Shown: positions 37,860 to 46,518, counted from the first letter of the stretch. The stretch is 64,000 nucleotides of DNA from Candidatus Peregrinibacteria bacterium (GCA_016188705.1 JACPHH010000016.1:21690-85689), one strand, 5' to 3'. Notes: generated by a model not told the origin, from the sequence alone. A program made the numbers and translations.

Positions 37860-38094
37860 AAAAGAGGGCGGGGACTCCATTTTCGCTACGCTTCGCTATG
37901 CGCTCAAATGGCAGGAACTCACACAAACTCGCTTTCGTAACGAAATTTTAAATTTTTGAGCGAAAATTGTGAAGAACGAGGAAGGCGTATCAAATAAGAT
38001 ACGTTGACGAGTTCTGAACAATTTGGAGCCAAAAATTTAAAATTGCAGTAGAAATGGGGTTTTGTGTGAGTTCCTGTTGTCCCCGCCCTCTTTT
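37860..38094. repeat. ~235-bp nested inverted repeat (rod-like element)
   Basis: Outer arms are AAAAGAGGGCGGGGAC (37860-37875) and GTCCCCGCCCTCTTTT (38079-38094), perfect over 16 bp. Inner arms are CAGGAACTCACACAAA (37912-37927) and TTTGTGTGAGTTCCTG (38061-38076), also perfect over 16 bp. A 36-nt side hairpin (CCATTT...AAATGG) occurs on the left arm only. There are further internal pairs (AATTTTAAATTTTTG/CCAAAAATTTAAAATT, CGTATC/GATACG). Confidence 0.7.
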
Positions 38095-38168
38095 TCAAAA
38101 AAACGATGGACAAGCACTAGACATCTCAAAAAATACGTACTATTTTCAATTTTGCGATAAAAACTTCA

Positions 38169-38648
38169 ATGATCTACGATTTTTTAAAAAAATACGGCAT
38201 ACACTACGAACGGTTCGATCACCCCGCGGTTTTTACCTGCGAAGAATCAAAAAAACTCTGCTTCGATATGCCCGGAAATTCCACAAAAAATCTTTTTCTT
38301 CGGGATAAAGACGGAAAACGGCATTTTTTAGTCATCGTAGGCCATGAAAAACGCGTGGATCTTAAAAAACTCAAATTACTGCTCGGACTCTCTAAACTTA
38401 GCTTCGCCTCTGAAGATCGACTCAAAAAATACCTCGGTGTCGAACCTGGATCAGTCACGCTCCTCGGGCTTATTCACGATACCAATCACTCGGTGGAAGT
38501 CATTATCGATGAAAAACTCTGGGACAAAAATCTCCAGTGCCATCCACTCGTCAATACAGCAACTCTTGTCATTTCGCGTGAAGGAATAGAAACATTTTTC
38601 AAAATCACCGGCCACATTCCGAAAAAAATAAACGTCCCAGAAAAGTAG
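38169..38648 (+). CDS. YbaK/ProX-type aminoacyl-tRNA deacylase domain protein
   Basis: 159 aa. STKNLFLRDKDGKRHFLVIVGHEKRVDLKKL...LGVEPGSVTLLGL matches the prolyl-tRNA-synthetase-associated editing domain. Confidence 0.8.
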   Translation: MIYDFLKKYGIHYERFDHPAVFTCEESKKLCFDMPGNSTKNLFLRDKDGKRHFLVIVGHEKRVDLKKLKLLLGLSKLSFASEDRLKKYLGVEPGSVTLLGLIHDTNHSVEVIIDEKLWDKNLQCHPLVNTATLVISREGIETFFKITGHIPKKINVPEK

Positions 38649-38676
38649 TAAGGACGTTTTTCTTAAGCTTCCTTTA
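38645..38676 (-). repeat. stop-anchored intergenic repeat copy
   Basis: The minus strand reads TAAAGGAAGCTTAAGAAAAACGTCCTTACTAC, starting at the stop of 38674..39564 and running into the 3' end of the convergent ybaK-like gene. Confidence 0.6.
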
Positions 38677-39564
38677 TTCGTTCAAAAGAAAAGAAACTCC
38701 AATTCCAACATCACTTTCAGGGCAAGTTAAACAAACTTCTGTCCCAATTTTTACATCGACATTTCTATTAAGGAATGAAGATAAAATTCTATGAAAAAGA
38801 GTCGCCGTTGCGTTCACTTCAAGAGATGACGGTTGCATATTAATAAGCGAACTCGCAGAGGGATGGTCGCCTGAATGACGATCTCGATCGATTGAATTAT
38901 TGGGAAAAGTCACATGAGCTCTTAATCCAAGCCGAGAATGAAACGCCTTACTTGATAAAAAAGCGCTATGACTTGAAACATCTCTTACATTCAATGCCAA
39001 TGCGCCAGAAACAAAAGAAAAATCGGAATTCACAGATGACCTTTTTAAATCCTCGCCTTGTAAATCAAGATCATGTTGTAAATCGGGAGCCGAAGGGTTG
39101 AATATGCCTTTATTCATAATAGCGCATAAAGATGGCTTTTGTTCAGCTCCATCAGTAAGTTCCATAAGTGGCGCGCTCCTAAAATCAGGAGTTCCTGTCG
39201 CGCCAAGACTTAAAGCGAATGGAAAATCTGATGGACATGAGTTAATGGGTGCTGGATTATTTTTCTGTAAAATTGCATATGAGGAAAAAGGCTGAGGAGC
39301 GATTTGAGAAAATCCCACTCTCGGGCTAACATCCGTCGCGGAAGCTTGGCGTGAAGAAACATCCATCGCAGAAGCTTGATTTGGAGAAATAAGTCCTAAT
39401 ATCGCCGAAGCGACAAAAATACGACAAGCTCTCAAAAATGAAGAAGGAAAAAAACTCGCGCGATCTGAACAAGAAGGATCATCTGGCCTATCAGGACTCT
39501 TAGAATATGATAAAGGCATAAATAAAATCAAAAAATACCTCGATGAGCCTTTGAAAAATGCCAT
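38674..39564 (-). CDS. hypothetical Ser-rich secreted protein
   Basis: 296 aa ORF with a hydrophobic N-terminal region (IFVASAILGLISPNQASA). No recognisable domain. Confidence 0.45.
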   Translation of the reverse strand: MAFFKGSSRYFLILFMPLSYSKSPDRPDDPSCSDRASFFPSSFLRACRIFVASAILGLISPNQASAMDVSSRQASATDVSPRVGFSQIAPQPFSSYAILQKNNPAPINSCPSDFPFALSLGATGTPDFRSAPLMELTDGAEQKPSLCAIMNKGIFNPSAPDLQHDLDLQGEDLKRSSVNSDFSFVSGALALNVRDVSSHSAFLSSKAFHSRLGLRAHVTFPNNSIDRDRHSGDHPSASSLINMQPSSLEVNATATLFHRILSSFLNRNVDVKIGTEVCLTCPESDVGIGVSFLLNE

Positions 39565-39595
39565 TTCAATGACAAAATTGCAAATTTTTTATTAA

Positions 39596-39809
39596 GGATC
39601 ATACGCAAATTTCTTTGAAAACATATGCTGGAAGGCGGGGGTTTAGGCAGGCTGGTTTTCAAAAAGAGGCGAAAATGAGCGTTAAAAAATGCGTAGCCGA
39701 TAGCATTTTTAGCGAATTTTCGTCCTTTTTGATCCAGCCGAGTATCCGAGCGACGAGCCCCCGCCTTCCAGCACATGTACTTTTTTTCAAAGGAAAAAGC
39801 GTATGATCC
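39596..39809 (+). mobile_element. MITE-like palindromic element, copy 3
   Basis: GGATCATACGC...GCGTATGATCC termini. A perfect 8-bp direct repeat, TTTATTAA, abuts both ends (39588-39595 and 39810-39817). It carries a ~10-nt internal deletion relative to copies 1 and 2. Confidence 0.75.
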
Positions 39810-39940
39810 TTTATTAAAAAAAATCGTTAAAACCTGAATTACTTGATTATTAAGAGAAAATTTATCATAATAAAAACCTGTCATTTATGAAAATTCATCG
39901 ATCATTCAATATTCTCGTTCAAAGTTTTTACTCGAATTAT

Positions 39941-39978
39941 GCAACTTTCGTGACGAAATCACGTTTTTCAAAGGTTTC
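39941..39978 (-). repeat. intergenic repeat family copy (TTTCGTCACGAAA variant)
   Basis: The minus strand reads GAAACCTTTGAAAAACGTGATTTCGTCACGAAAGTTGC. Confidence 0.6.
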
Positions 39979-39993
39979 TACAATATAAATCAC

Positions 39994-41895
39994 ATGTCAT
40001 TCCTACGAAAAAAACGATTTATTTTCACATCCATTGCGATCATTTTTATCGCAAGCATGACCAGTTATTCGATTTTTTTTAAAAAAAATGAAACGCTTTT
40101 TGAGACCACTACGGCAAAAAAACAAACACTTATTCAAAAAGTAAGCATCACGGGACGAGTAAAAGCGACGGAGGAAGTCGATCTTGCCTTTCAGGATGGC
40201 GGGAAAATTCGAAAAATTTTTGTAAAAATAAGCGACAAAGTAAGTGAAGGACAAATACTTGCCGAAGTGGAAGACAATGAATTACTGGCGCTTTTGTCAC
40301 AATCTCAAAGCGCAGTTCAAAGCGCAGAGGCTTCGATGCTGCAATACGAAGCAGCTCTTGAAAATCAAAAAGTAAAATTACAAGAACTCGTTCGAGGCAC
40401 GAGATCCGAAGAAATAACCATAGCTGAAACAAATGTAAAAAATAGTAAAAAAACCATTGAAGACGCGCAAAAAAACCTTGAAGCCGTAACCAAAACAGGC
40501 AATGCCGAACTCGAAAGACTCACTCAAATAAAAACTCAAGCGGAACTCGACCTCAAAAACACCAAAGAAGCAGCAAATACCGACATCGAAAATCTCTTGA
40601 AGGAAAGCGCCAATCTCCTCATAGACAGTTTCGCTAAAGCGAAAGATTCAGTTGAACGCCAACCAGACGAGATGTTTATGAACGAAAATCTTATAGGATC
40701 AACCGAACTCTCCTTTAACACAAGCGACATAATTACGGAAACAGACGTAATAAGGCGAAGAGATGAATTAAACGTAACGCTCAAAGATTTTAAAAAATAC
40801 TCTGATAATGCTTACAACTATAGTGAAAGCGAGCTTGAGACAGCATTAGAACAAGCTAAAACGTACCTTCTGAGCATCCAAACTTTTCTTTACAAACTTA
40901 CGGACGCGCTTAATTACGCCATTGGACTTTCTCAAACTTCCATCAACACGTTCCGAACAAACCTCAGTACAGCGATCACAAACACGAATACGGCTCTCAC
41001 GAACATCACGAACAAACAGCAAGAAATAAAAACACAAAAGGAAAATAATTCGCATAACATTTCCACTCTCGAAGAAAAAGTAAATATAAGCGAAATAAAT
41101 AAGAACAACCAAGAAGTAACGAATGAAAATAACGCGTTAGCCGCTGAAACAAAACTTCACGAAGCGGAAAACGCGCTCGCAACCGCCGAAGCTGATTTTA
41201 ATTTAAAAAAAGCAGGAAGCACCGCCGAGCAAATCGCTTCTCAAAAAGCGCAAATAAAACAGGCGAAAGCAACCTTAGCCTCGCAAGAAGCTCAGGTGAA
41301 AAGCGCGGAAGCCCAAGTGCAAAACATAGAAGCCCAACTTGCAAAAAAAAGAATTTTGGCTCCATTCAAAGGAATCGTAACGGATACAGCAGTTGAAACA
41401 GGAGAAATAGCGGCGCCGAATACTCCTGTAATTTCACTCATTTCGGAATCTCTCGTGCAAATTGAAACGAATGTTCCCGAAGTTGATATTGCGAAACTTG
41501 CTCCCAACAATATCGCTGAAATCACATTGGATGCCTACGGAAGCAACACGTTTTTCCAGGGAAAAATCGTTCACATAAATCCCGCGGAATCAATCATCGA
41601 TGGAGTCGCGACTTATAAAATAACGATTGAATTTATCAATCCCGACGAACGGCCAAAACCAGGGATGACAGCCAATATCGACGTTGAAACAGCGCGTCGC
41701 GAAAATGTTATCGTCGTACCGCAACGCGCAATTATTTATGAGAATGAAAAAAGTTATGTTCTTTTCAAAACCGAAAATGAGGAATCTCTCAAACGTGAAG
41801 TTGAAGTGGGAATTCGAGGATCAGAAGGGGAAATAGAAATTCTGTCGGGACTGATGGAAGGTGAAAAAATTATTCTCTCCAAAAAAGAGCAATAA
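39994..41895 (+). CDS. HlyD/MacA-family periplasmic adaptor with an unusually long coiled coil
   Basis: 633 aa. N-terminal TM helix, a lipoyl-like barrel half (VSITGRVKATEEVDLAFQDGGKI...GQILAE), a ~330-aa Ala/Gln/Glu/Lys coiled coil, then a second half (ILAPFKGIVTD...) and a beta-barrel. Confidence 0.8.
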   Translation: MSFLRKKRFIFTSIAIIFIASMTSYSIFFKKNETLFETTTAKKQTLIQKVSITGRVKATEEVDLAFQDGGKIRKIFVKISDKVSEGQILAEVEDNELLALLSQSQSAVQSAEASMLQYEAALENQKVKLQELVRGTRSEEITIAETNVKNSKKTIEDAQKNLEAVTKTGNAELERLTQIKTQAELDLKNTKEAANTDIENLLKESANLLIDSFAKAKDSVERQPDEMFMNENLIGSTELSFNTSDIITETDVIRRRDELNVTLKDFKKYSDNAYNYSESELETALEQAKTYLLSIQTFLYKLTDALNYAIGLSQTSINTFRTNLSTAITNTNTALTNITNKQQEIKTQKENNSHNISTLEEKVNISEINKNNQEVTNENNALAAETKLHEAENALATAEADFNLKKAGSTAEQIASQKAQIKQAKATLASQEAQVKSAEAQVQNIEAQLAKKRILAPFKGIVTDTAVETGEIAAPNTPVISLISESLVQIETNVPEVDIAKLAPNNIAEITLDAYGSNTFFQGKIVHINPAESIIDGVATYKITIEFINPDERPKPGMTANIDVETARRENVIVVPQRAIIYENEKSYVLFKTENEESLKREVEVGIRGSEGEIEILSGLMEGEKIILSKKEQ

Positions 41896-41930
41896 GGAGC
41901 ATCTGAAAAACGTAACTTCGCAACGAAAAA
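41893..41930 (+). repeat. stop-anchored repeat filling the adaptor-ATPase intercistronic gap
   Basis: TAAGGAGCATCTGAAAAACGTAACTTCGCAACGAAAAATG starts at the adaptor stop codon and ends 4 nt before the ATG at 41935. Confidence 0.65.
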
Positions 41931-41934
41931 TGAT

Positions 41935-42651
41935 ATGCGTCTCATTGAATTAAAAAACATTGATAAAATCTACGAAGGAGGAGTTCCCACTCAGGCTCTC
42001 AGTAATATTTCTTTTTGCATAAATCAAGGAGAATTTGTCGCCATTATGGGCCCATCCGGTTCGGGAAAATCGACACTGCTCCATATTCTTGGTTTTTTGG
42101 ACCGTCATACATCAGGAGAATACCTTTTTGACGAAAAAACTATCGACGATTATTCAAAAGAAGAAATAGCACGAGTACGAAACAAAAAAATGGGGTTCGT
42201 TTTTCAAGCGTTTAACCTCCTGCCACGCACGACGGTATTTGAAAACGTCAAACTGCCACTCCTCTACTCGGACGTACAAGAAACTGAACAGGACTCGCTG
42301 ACCGTCAAAGCAATTGAAGCAGTAGGACTGTCTCACCGCATTTCACATGAATCTTCGCAGCTTTCCGGAGGGGAAAAACAGAGAGTCGCCATAGCTCGAG
42401 CGCTTGTAAATAATCCAAACGTCATATTCGCCGATGAGCCGACGGGAAATCTCGATTCAAAATCCGGCCAGATTATTATGAAAATTTTTCAGCGCCTTAA
42501 CGAAAACGAAGGAAAAACCATTATTCTCATCACGCATGAAACCTACACCGCCGAACATGCCAAACGAATTATACGAATCCATGATGGAGCCATTGAAAGC
42601 GACATGCTCGTTACAAAACGTCATAAAGCAGAAACAACATTTATAAAATGA
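41935..42651 (+). CDS. ABC transporter ATP-binding protein (MacB/LolD family)
   Basis: Walker A GPSGSGKST, Q-loop, signature LSGGEKQR, Walker B VIFADEPTGNLD and the H-loop ITHE. Confidence 0.92.
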   Translation: MRLIELKNIDKIYEGGVPTQALSNISFCINQGEFVAIMGPSGSGKSTLLHILGFLDRHTSGEYLFDEKTIDDYSKEEIARVRNKKMGFVFQAFNLLPRTTVFENVKLPLLYSDVQETEQDSLTVKAIEAVGLSHRISHESSQLSGGEKQRVAIARALVNNPNVIFADEPTGNLDSKSGQIIMKIFQRLNENEGKTIILITHETYTAEHAKRIIRIHDGAIESDMLVTKRHKAETTFIK

Positions 42652-43886
42652 AATTAAAAAATACCATTCAAACAGCGTTCCACGGTCTGCGGCGTAATAC
42701 CTCGCGTTCTCTTTTAACAGTTCTCGGAATCGTCATCGGTATTACAGCGATCATACTGGTCATGTCCGTGGGAAAAGGAGCTCAAAATCTTATTCTTGAT
42801 CAAATTCGCGGTCTCGGTTCGCAAACTATAATCATCGGACCAGGGCAAGAGCCAAAAGGCCCATCAAGCTATGCTGAACTTTTTACCGACTCTTTAAAGG
42901 AAAAAGATATCACTGCTCTTAAAAAACCTTCAAACGTGCGAGGTATACGCGATCTCACTCCCAATGTCGAACAAATTGCAACCGTAAGTTATGAACAAGA
43001 AACAATGAGAACGAATATTATCGGAACCTCTGAATTGCTCTCAAAAATTCTTGAAGTATTTCCAAATGAAGGAACTTTTCTGAGTGATAACGACGTAAAA
43101 CAAAAAGCGAAAGTTGCGGTAATTGGTTCAGAAGTGAAAAAAGAACTTTTTGGGCCTTCAAACGCGCTTGGAAAAAAAATAAAAATTAAAGGTAAAACAT
43201 TTGAAATAATAGGAGTGCTTTTAGCAAAAGGAAGAGTGTCCTTTCTCGACGTTGATCACATGGTTGCGATTCCTTACACCACGGCGCAACAATATTTACT
43301 TGGAATAAACTATTTTCAAAACATCATTATACGAGTGGAGTCCGAAGACATCATTCCGCGAGTCGTGGATGAAATAAAACTCACTATGCGGGAAACGCAC
43401 GGAATCGATGATCCATCCAAAGATGATTTTCATGTCATGACTCAAGCAGACGCCGCGGAGCGAGTAAGCATGATAACAGGAATTCTCACCATACTTTTAA
43501 TGTCCGTGGCTGCCATTTCACTTATAGTCGGAGGCATTGGAATCATGAATATCATGCTTGTTACCGTAAGTGAACGTACTCACGAAATCGGATTGAGAAA
43601 AGCCATTGGAGCCACTGAAAAAGACATCATGCAACAATTTCTTCTGGAAGCCATGCTTCTGACGGCCTTTGGTGGACTCATCGGAATTGGCTTAGGAGCA
43701 TTTTTTGCTCTACTGACATCCGTTATTCTGACGCAAATCATCGGCTTAAATTGGTCTTTTGCTTTTCCTATTTCAGCGTCAATCCTTGGAATAGGCGTAT
43801 CAAGTACCATTGGGCTTATCTTTGGCCTCTATCCTGCAAAAAGGGCATCTCGACTCAGTCCAATCGAAGCTCTGCGATACGAATAA
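42648..43886 (+). CDS. ABC transporter permease, FtsX/MacB-type
   Basis: 412 aa. MacB_PCD-like periplasmic domain between TM1 and TM2, and a C-terminal FtsX 3-TM bundle (GIGIMNIMLV.V.ERTHEIGLRKAIGA). It overlaps the ATPase gene by 4 nt. Confidence 0.9.
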   Translation: MKLKNTIQTAFHGLRRNTSRSLLTVLGIVIGITAIILVMSVGKGAQNLILDQIRGLGSQTIIIGPGQEPKGPSSYAELFTDSLKEKDITALKKPSNVRGIRDLTPNVEQIATVSYEQETMRTNIIGTSELLSKILEVFPNEGTFLSDNDVKQKAKVAVIGSEVKKELFGPSNALGKKIKIKGKTFEIIGVLLAKGRVSFLDVDHMVAIPYTTAQQYLLGINYFQNIIIRVESEDIIPRVVDEIKLTMRETHGIDDPSKDDFHVMTQADAAERVSMITGILTILLMSVAAISLIVGGIGIMNIMLVTVSERTHEIGLRKAIGATEKDIMQQFLLEAMLLTAFGGLIGIGLGAFFALLTSVILTQIIGLNWSFAFPISASILGIGVSSTIGLIFGLYPAKRASRLSPIEALRYE

Positions 43887-43891
43887 AAAAT

Positions 43892-44482
43892 ATGAAAACG
43901 CTTATTATCGACAATTTTGATTCATTTACTTATAACCTCTATCAATATTGCGCCGAACTTGGAGGAAATCCAATCGTATGCCGCAATAACGAAATAACGA
44001 TCAAAGATATAGAAAAAAACACATTCACCCATATTATTATTTCTCCTGGACCCGGCACTCCAGAAAAAAATTTTGGAATTTGTAAAAAAGTTATCGAAGT
44101 ATTCACCGGCCGAATCCCGATACTTGGTGTTTGTCTCGGTCATCAGGGTATAATTTTTCATTTTGGAGGACGCATTATTCGAGCTCCGAAACCCGTTCAC
44201 GGAAAACAAAGCACAGTAAAACTCAAAATAACGCATCCGCTTTTTCACGGACTGCCTGAAAAAATAAAAGTTATGCGCTATCATTCACTCATTGGAGAAA
44301 AAAAAAGTCTTCCAAAAGAACTCGAAATTATCGCTGAAACCGACGGGCTTATAATGGGAATAAGCCATAAATTCGCTGACGTTTTTGGAGTTCAATTTCA
44401 TCCAGAAAGTATCGGCACGCTTCACGGGAAAAAAATACTAAAAAATTTTTTCTCCATCGATTCACATAAAAAAAAATCTTGA
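43892..44482 (+). CDS. class I glutamine amidotransferase (anthranilate/aminodeoxychorismate synthase component II)
   Basis: MKTLIIDNFDSFTYNLYQY..., ILGVCLGHQ (catalytic Cys) and GVQFHPES. The start is taken at ATG 43892, not the track start that overlaps the permease. Confidence 0.88.
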   Translation: MKTLIIDNFDSFTYNLYQYCAELGGNPIVCRNNEITIKDIEKNTFTHIIISPGPGTPEKNFGICKKVIEVFTGRIPILGVCLGHQGIIFHFGGRIIRAPKPVHGKQSTVKLKITHPLFHGLPEKIKVMRYHSLIGEKKSLPKELEIIAETDGLIMGISHKFADVFGVQFHPESIGTLHGKKILKNFFSIDSHKKKS

Positions 44483-44754
44483 TAAATATTATTTCGTTAT
44501 AAAAATGTGCTCGAGTAAACATTTATTAAAGATAAAAAAGTGAAGTCACTACTACAAATTGCTCGAGTAAATATTTATCAAAACTGAAAAAATGAAAAAA
44601 AATATACAAAAAATGCGAAAAAATATAAAAGTTAGGAAACACTAACTTTTTTATGCATTTAAAAAAATGGCTTATAATCTTGCCATTTTGCTATTGTATT
44701 TTTTGCACAATAATTCATAATAAAAATAGTTTTTATTTTTTAATACTCGTCACC

Positions 44755-44823
44755 ATGGTCGCAAGAAAAGGCGGAAAAAAAGGTGGAAAGAAAAGAGTTG
44801 CTCCAAAGAGAAAAAAGAAATAA
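44755..44823 (+). CDS. candidate 22-aa Lys-rich peptide (speculative)
   Basis: Own reading: MVARKGGKKGGKKRVAPKRKKK. It is followed by two hairpin plus T-run terminators. No clear SD is present. Confidence 0.25.
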   Translation: MVARKGGKKGGKKRVAPKRKKK

Positions 44824-44824
44824 G

Positions 44825-44852
44825 GCGTATATCTTTATGCGCTGCTTTTTTT
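44825..44852 (+). terminator. putative intrinsic terminator
   Basis: GCGTAT-N6-ATGCGC stem followed by TGCTTTTTTT. Confidence 0.45.
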
Positions 44853-44884
44853 AAAAAACCGTGAAAAGCGCTTCAAAAAGAGAT

Positions 44885-44912
44885 AAAAAGCCCAGTTAAT
44901 ATTGGGCTTTTT
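44885..44912. terminator. putative bidirectional intrinsic terminator
   Basis: AAAAAGCCCA-GTTAATAT-TGGGCTTTTT. Confidence 0.55.
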
Positions 44913-45125
44913 ATAAAAAATATTGTCAGTAAAAAAATTAAAAAATAAAGATAGCTCACACTAACATTCTTATAAAGAATTTTCCATTATGTCAAAAATT
45001 GCATCGAAATTTTTTACAATAAAAAAATATCGTCGTAAAAAAAATAAAAAAACGCAGCTTCATAAATAAAAACTTACTCACAATTACCGGCTCTATATAA
45101 AGAATGGTTAATTTGTATTTAAAAA

Positions 45126-45183
45126 GTCTCCGAAAAACGTGCTTACTATTGCAATGCTCAAAATTAAGCAGTGTTCACATATA
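45126..45183 (+). repeat. intergenic repeat (motif A long variant) fused to inverted motif B
   Basis: GTCTCCGAAAAACGTGCTTACTATTGCAATGCTCAAAATTAAGCAGTGTTCACATA. Confidence 0.6.
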
Positions 45184-45227
45184 AAAAAATTTGATACAAT
45201 GCAATAAAATTTTTATCATACCATTCT

Positions 45228-45563
45228 ATGAAAATTGAAAAAAATAATAAGAACCAAACAAATGTGGCTATCTATGCGATTTTGATTCTTTACATTACTC
45301 TGTCTTCCGGATTCATTTTTTTTACGCTCTACAATAATTTCAAAATAAATATTATTCAAAAAGCATATACAAAAGGACAGCAGGATGCCGAAGTCGCCAC
45401 AGTGCAAAAAATCATTCAACAAGCGGAAAATACCGACTGCAAACCTTTTCAAGTATTTATCAATGAAAAAAAAGTCAATCTCATGAATATCGCGTGTTTG
45501 CAAGCCGAGACAAAAACTCCAAAAACAGAAACTTCAGAAAATTCAACAGATACTACAAAATAA
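45228..45563 (+). CDS. hypothetical small membrane protein
   Basis: 111 aa ORF with one N-terminal TM helix (VAIYAILILYITLSSGFIFFTLY). Confidence 0.45.
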   Translation: MKIEKNNKNQTNVAIYAILILYITLSSGFIFFTLYNNFKINIIQKAYTKGQQDAEVATVQKIIQQAENTDCKPFQVFINEKKVNLMNIACLQAETKTPKTETSENSTDTTK

Positions 45564-45632
45564 AAAAGCCTCTTTAAAAAAAATAGATACAACACATTCC
45601 TATGCTTCGCTCACGGTGGCTGAGAACACTGC

Positions 45633-46424
45633 CTAAATAACGACGGAAAGCGATCCAGGAAGAGCATCTAAAAATTCTTTTTTACTTTCAACAAAAAACT
45701 CCAAAAGAGTATTACTCAAACGATCTTTATCATCAAGTGATGAATCTGCTAAATTTTCAAAAAAATGAACGGTTTCAAGAGTTTCCACTCGAAGATGACC
45801 TTCATTTAAAATATATGTGGCGGCGATAATATCAAGGACTTCTTCTTGTACGATAATACAGCCATAGCTTCGATATCGTTCACCTTCCCGAAACATCCAT
45901 TGTTCAGGATTATAGCCATGAATGCCGTAAGCCGTTCGTCCTCCTTGAAAATTAAGACGAAAAAAACGACCGGTCTTTCCAAAAGTTACCCGATCGTCCT
46001 TAATATCCATCGATGCAACTTCCCATAAACGCACGGGAGTCGCTGCAAAATAATAAAGTCCAATATAATAAACGTATCGCTTTTGACCCGTGGCAACGTC
46101 AAAAGAAAATCTTTCGCCATTGGGATGAATAAGGTATCCTCTATTTTGAGTCAAATCGACTTCCATGCGATCATCTTTTTGAGGATGCCAAGCCAGAATC
46201 TCTGATCCTTGAATCAACGAAGGAACACTTTCTAAGACTTCTGCCGCGAAAACTTTCTGCGAAAATGATGCATGCGAAAAGGACAAAGAAAATGGTAAAA
46301 GAGAAAAGAAAAAAACGAGAAAAGAAAAGAAAAAAATTCTACGAGGGGAAAAATCAAACTTCATAGATAATTTAAGTAATTTCATAAAAAAAACCCGAAA
46401 AAAAATTTCTTCATAAAACTTCAT
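45633..46424 (-). CDS. L,D-transpeptidase (YkuD-fold) family protein
   Basis: The catalytic region IHGYNP...RSYGCIIV fits the H-x-S/G-x-GC motif. The signal peptide probably begins at the Met at 46364. Confidence 0.7.
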   Translation of the reverse strand: MKFYEEIFFRVFFMKLLKLSMKFDFSPRRIFFFSFLVFFFSLLPFSLSFSHASFSQKVFAAEVLESVPSLIQGSEILAWHPQKDDRMEVDLTQNRGYLIHPNGERFSFDVATGQKRYVYYIGLYYFAATPVRLWEVASMDIKDDRVTFGKTGRFFRLNFQGGRTAYGIHGYNPEQWMFREGERYRSYGCIIVQEEVLDIIAATYILNEGHLRVETLETVHFFENLADSSLDDKDRLSNTLLEFFVESKKEFLDALPGSLSVVI

Positions 46425-46436
46425 AAAAAATAAATA

Positions 46437-46487
46437 AAGGGTAAGTAAGGGTAAGAGTAATTTAAGAATAAAGGGTAAGATAGTAAG
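46437..46487 (+). promoter_or_regulatory. cluster of AAGGGTAAG direct repeats upstream of the TraD-like gene promoter
   Basis: AAGGGTAAG occurs at 46437, 46447 and 46471, plus GTAAG fragments, 35-85 nt upstream of the TGTTATAAT box. Confidence 0.3.
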
Positions 46488-46518
46488 TCAATTCGGACTC
46501 GATGTCAAGGAAAAAATA

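Noticed and set aside
43751-43891. The N-terminal 47-codon extension of the glutamine amidotransferase ORF.
   Set aside because: It overlaps the 3' end of the FtsX-type permease in another frame. The conserved GATase N-terminus (MKTLIIDNFDSFTYN) starts at ATG 43892.
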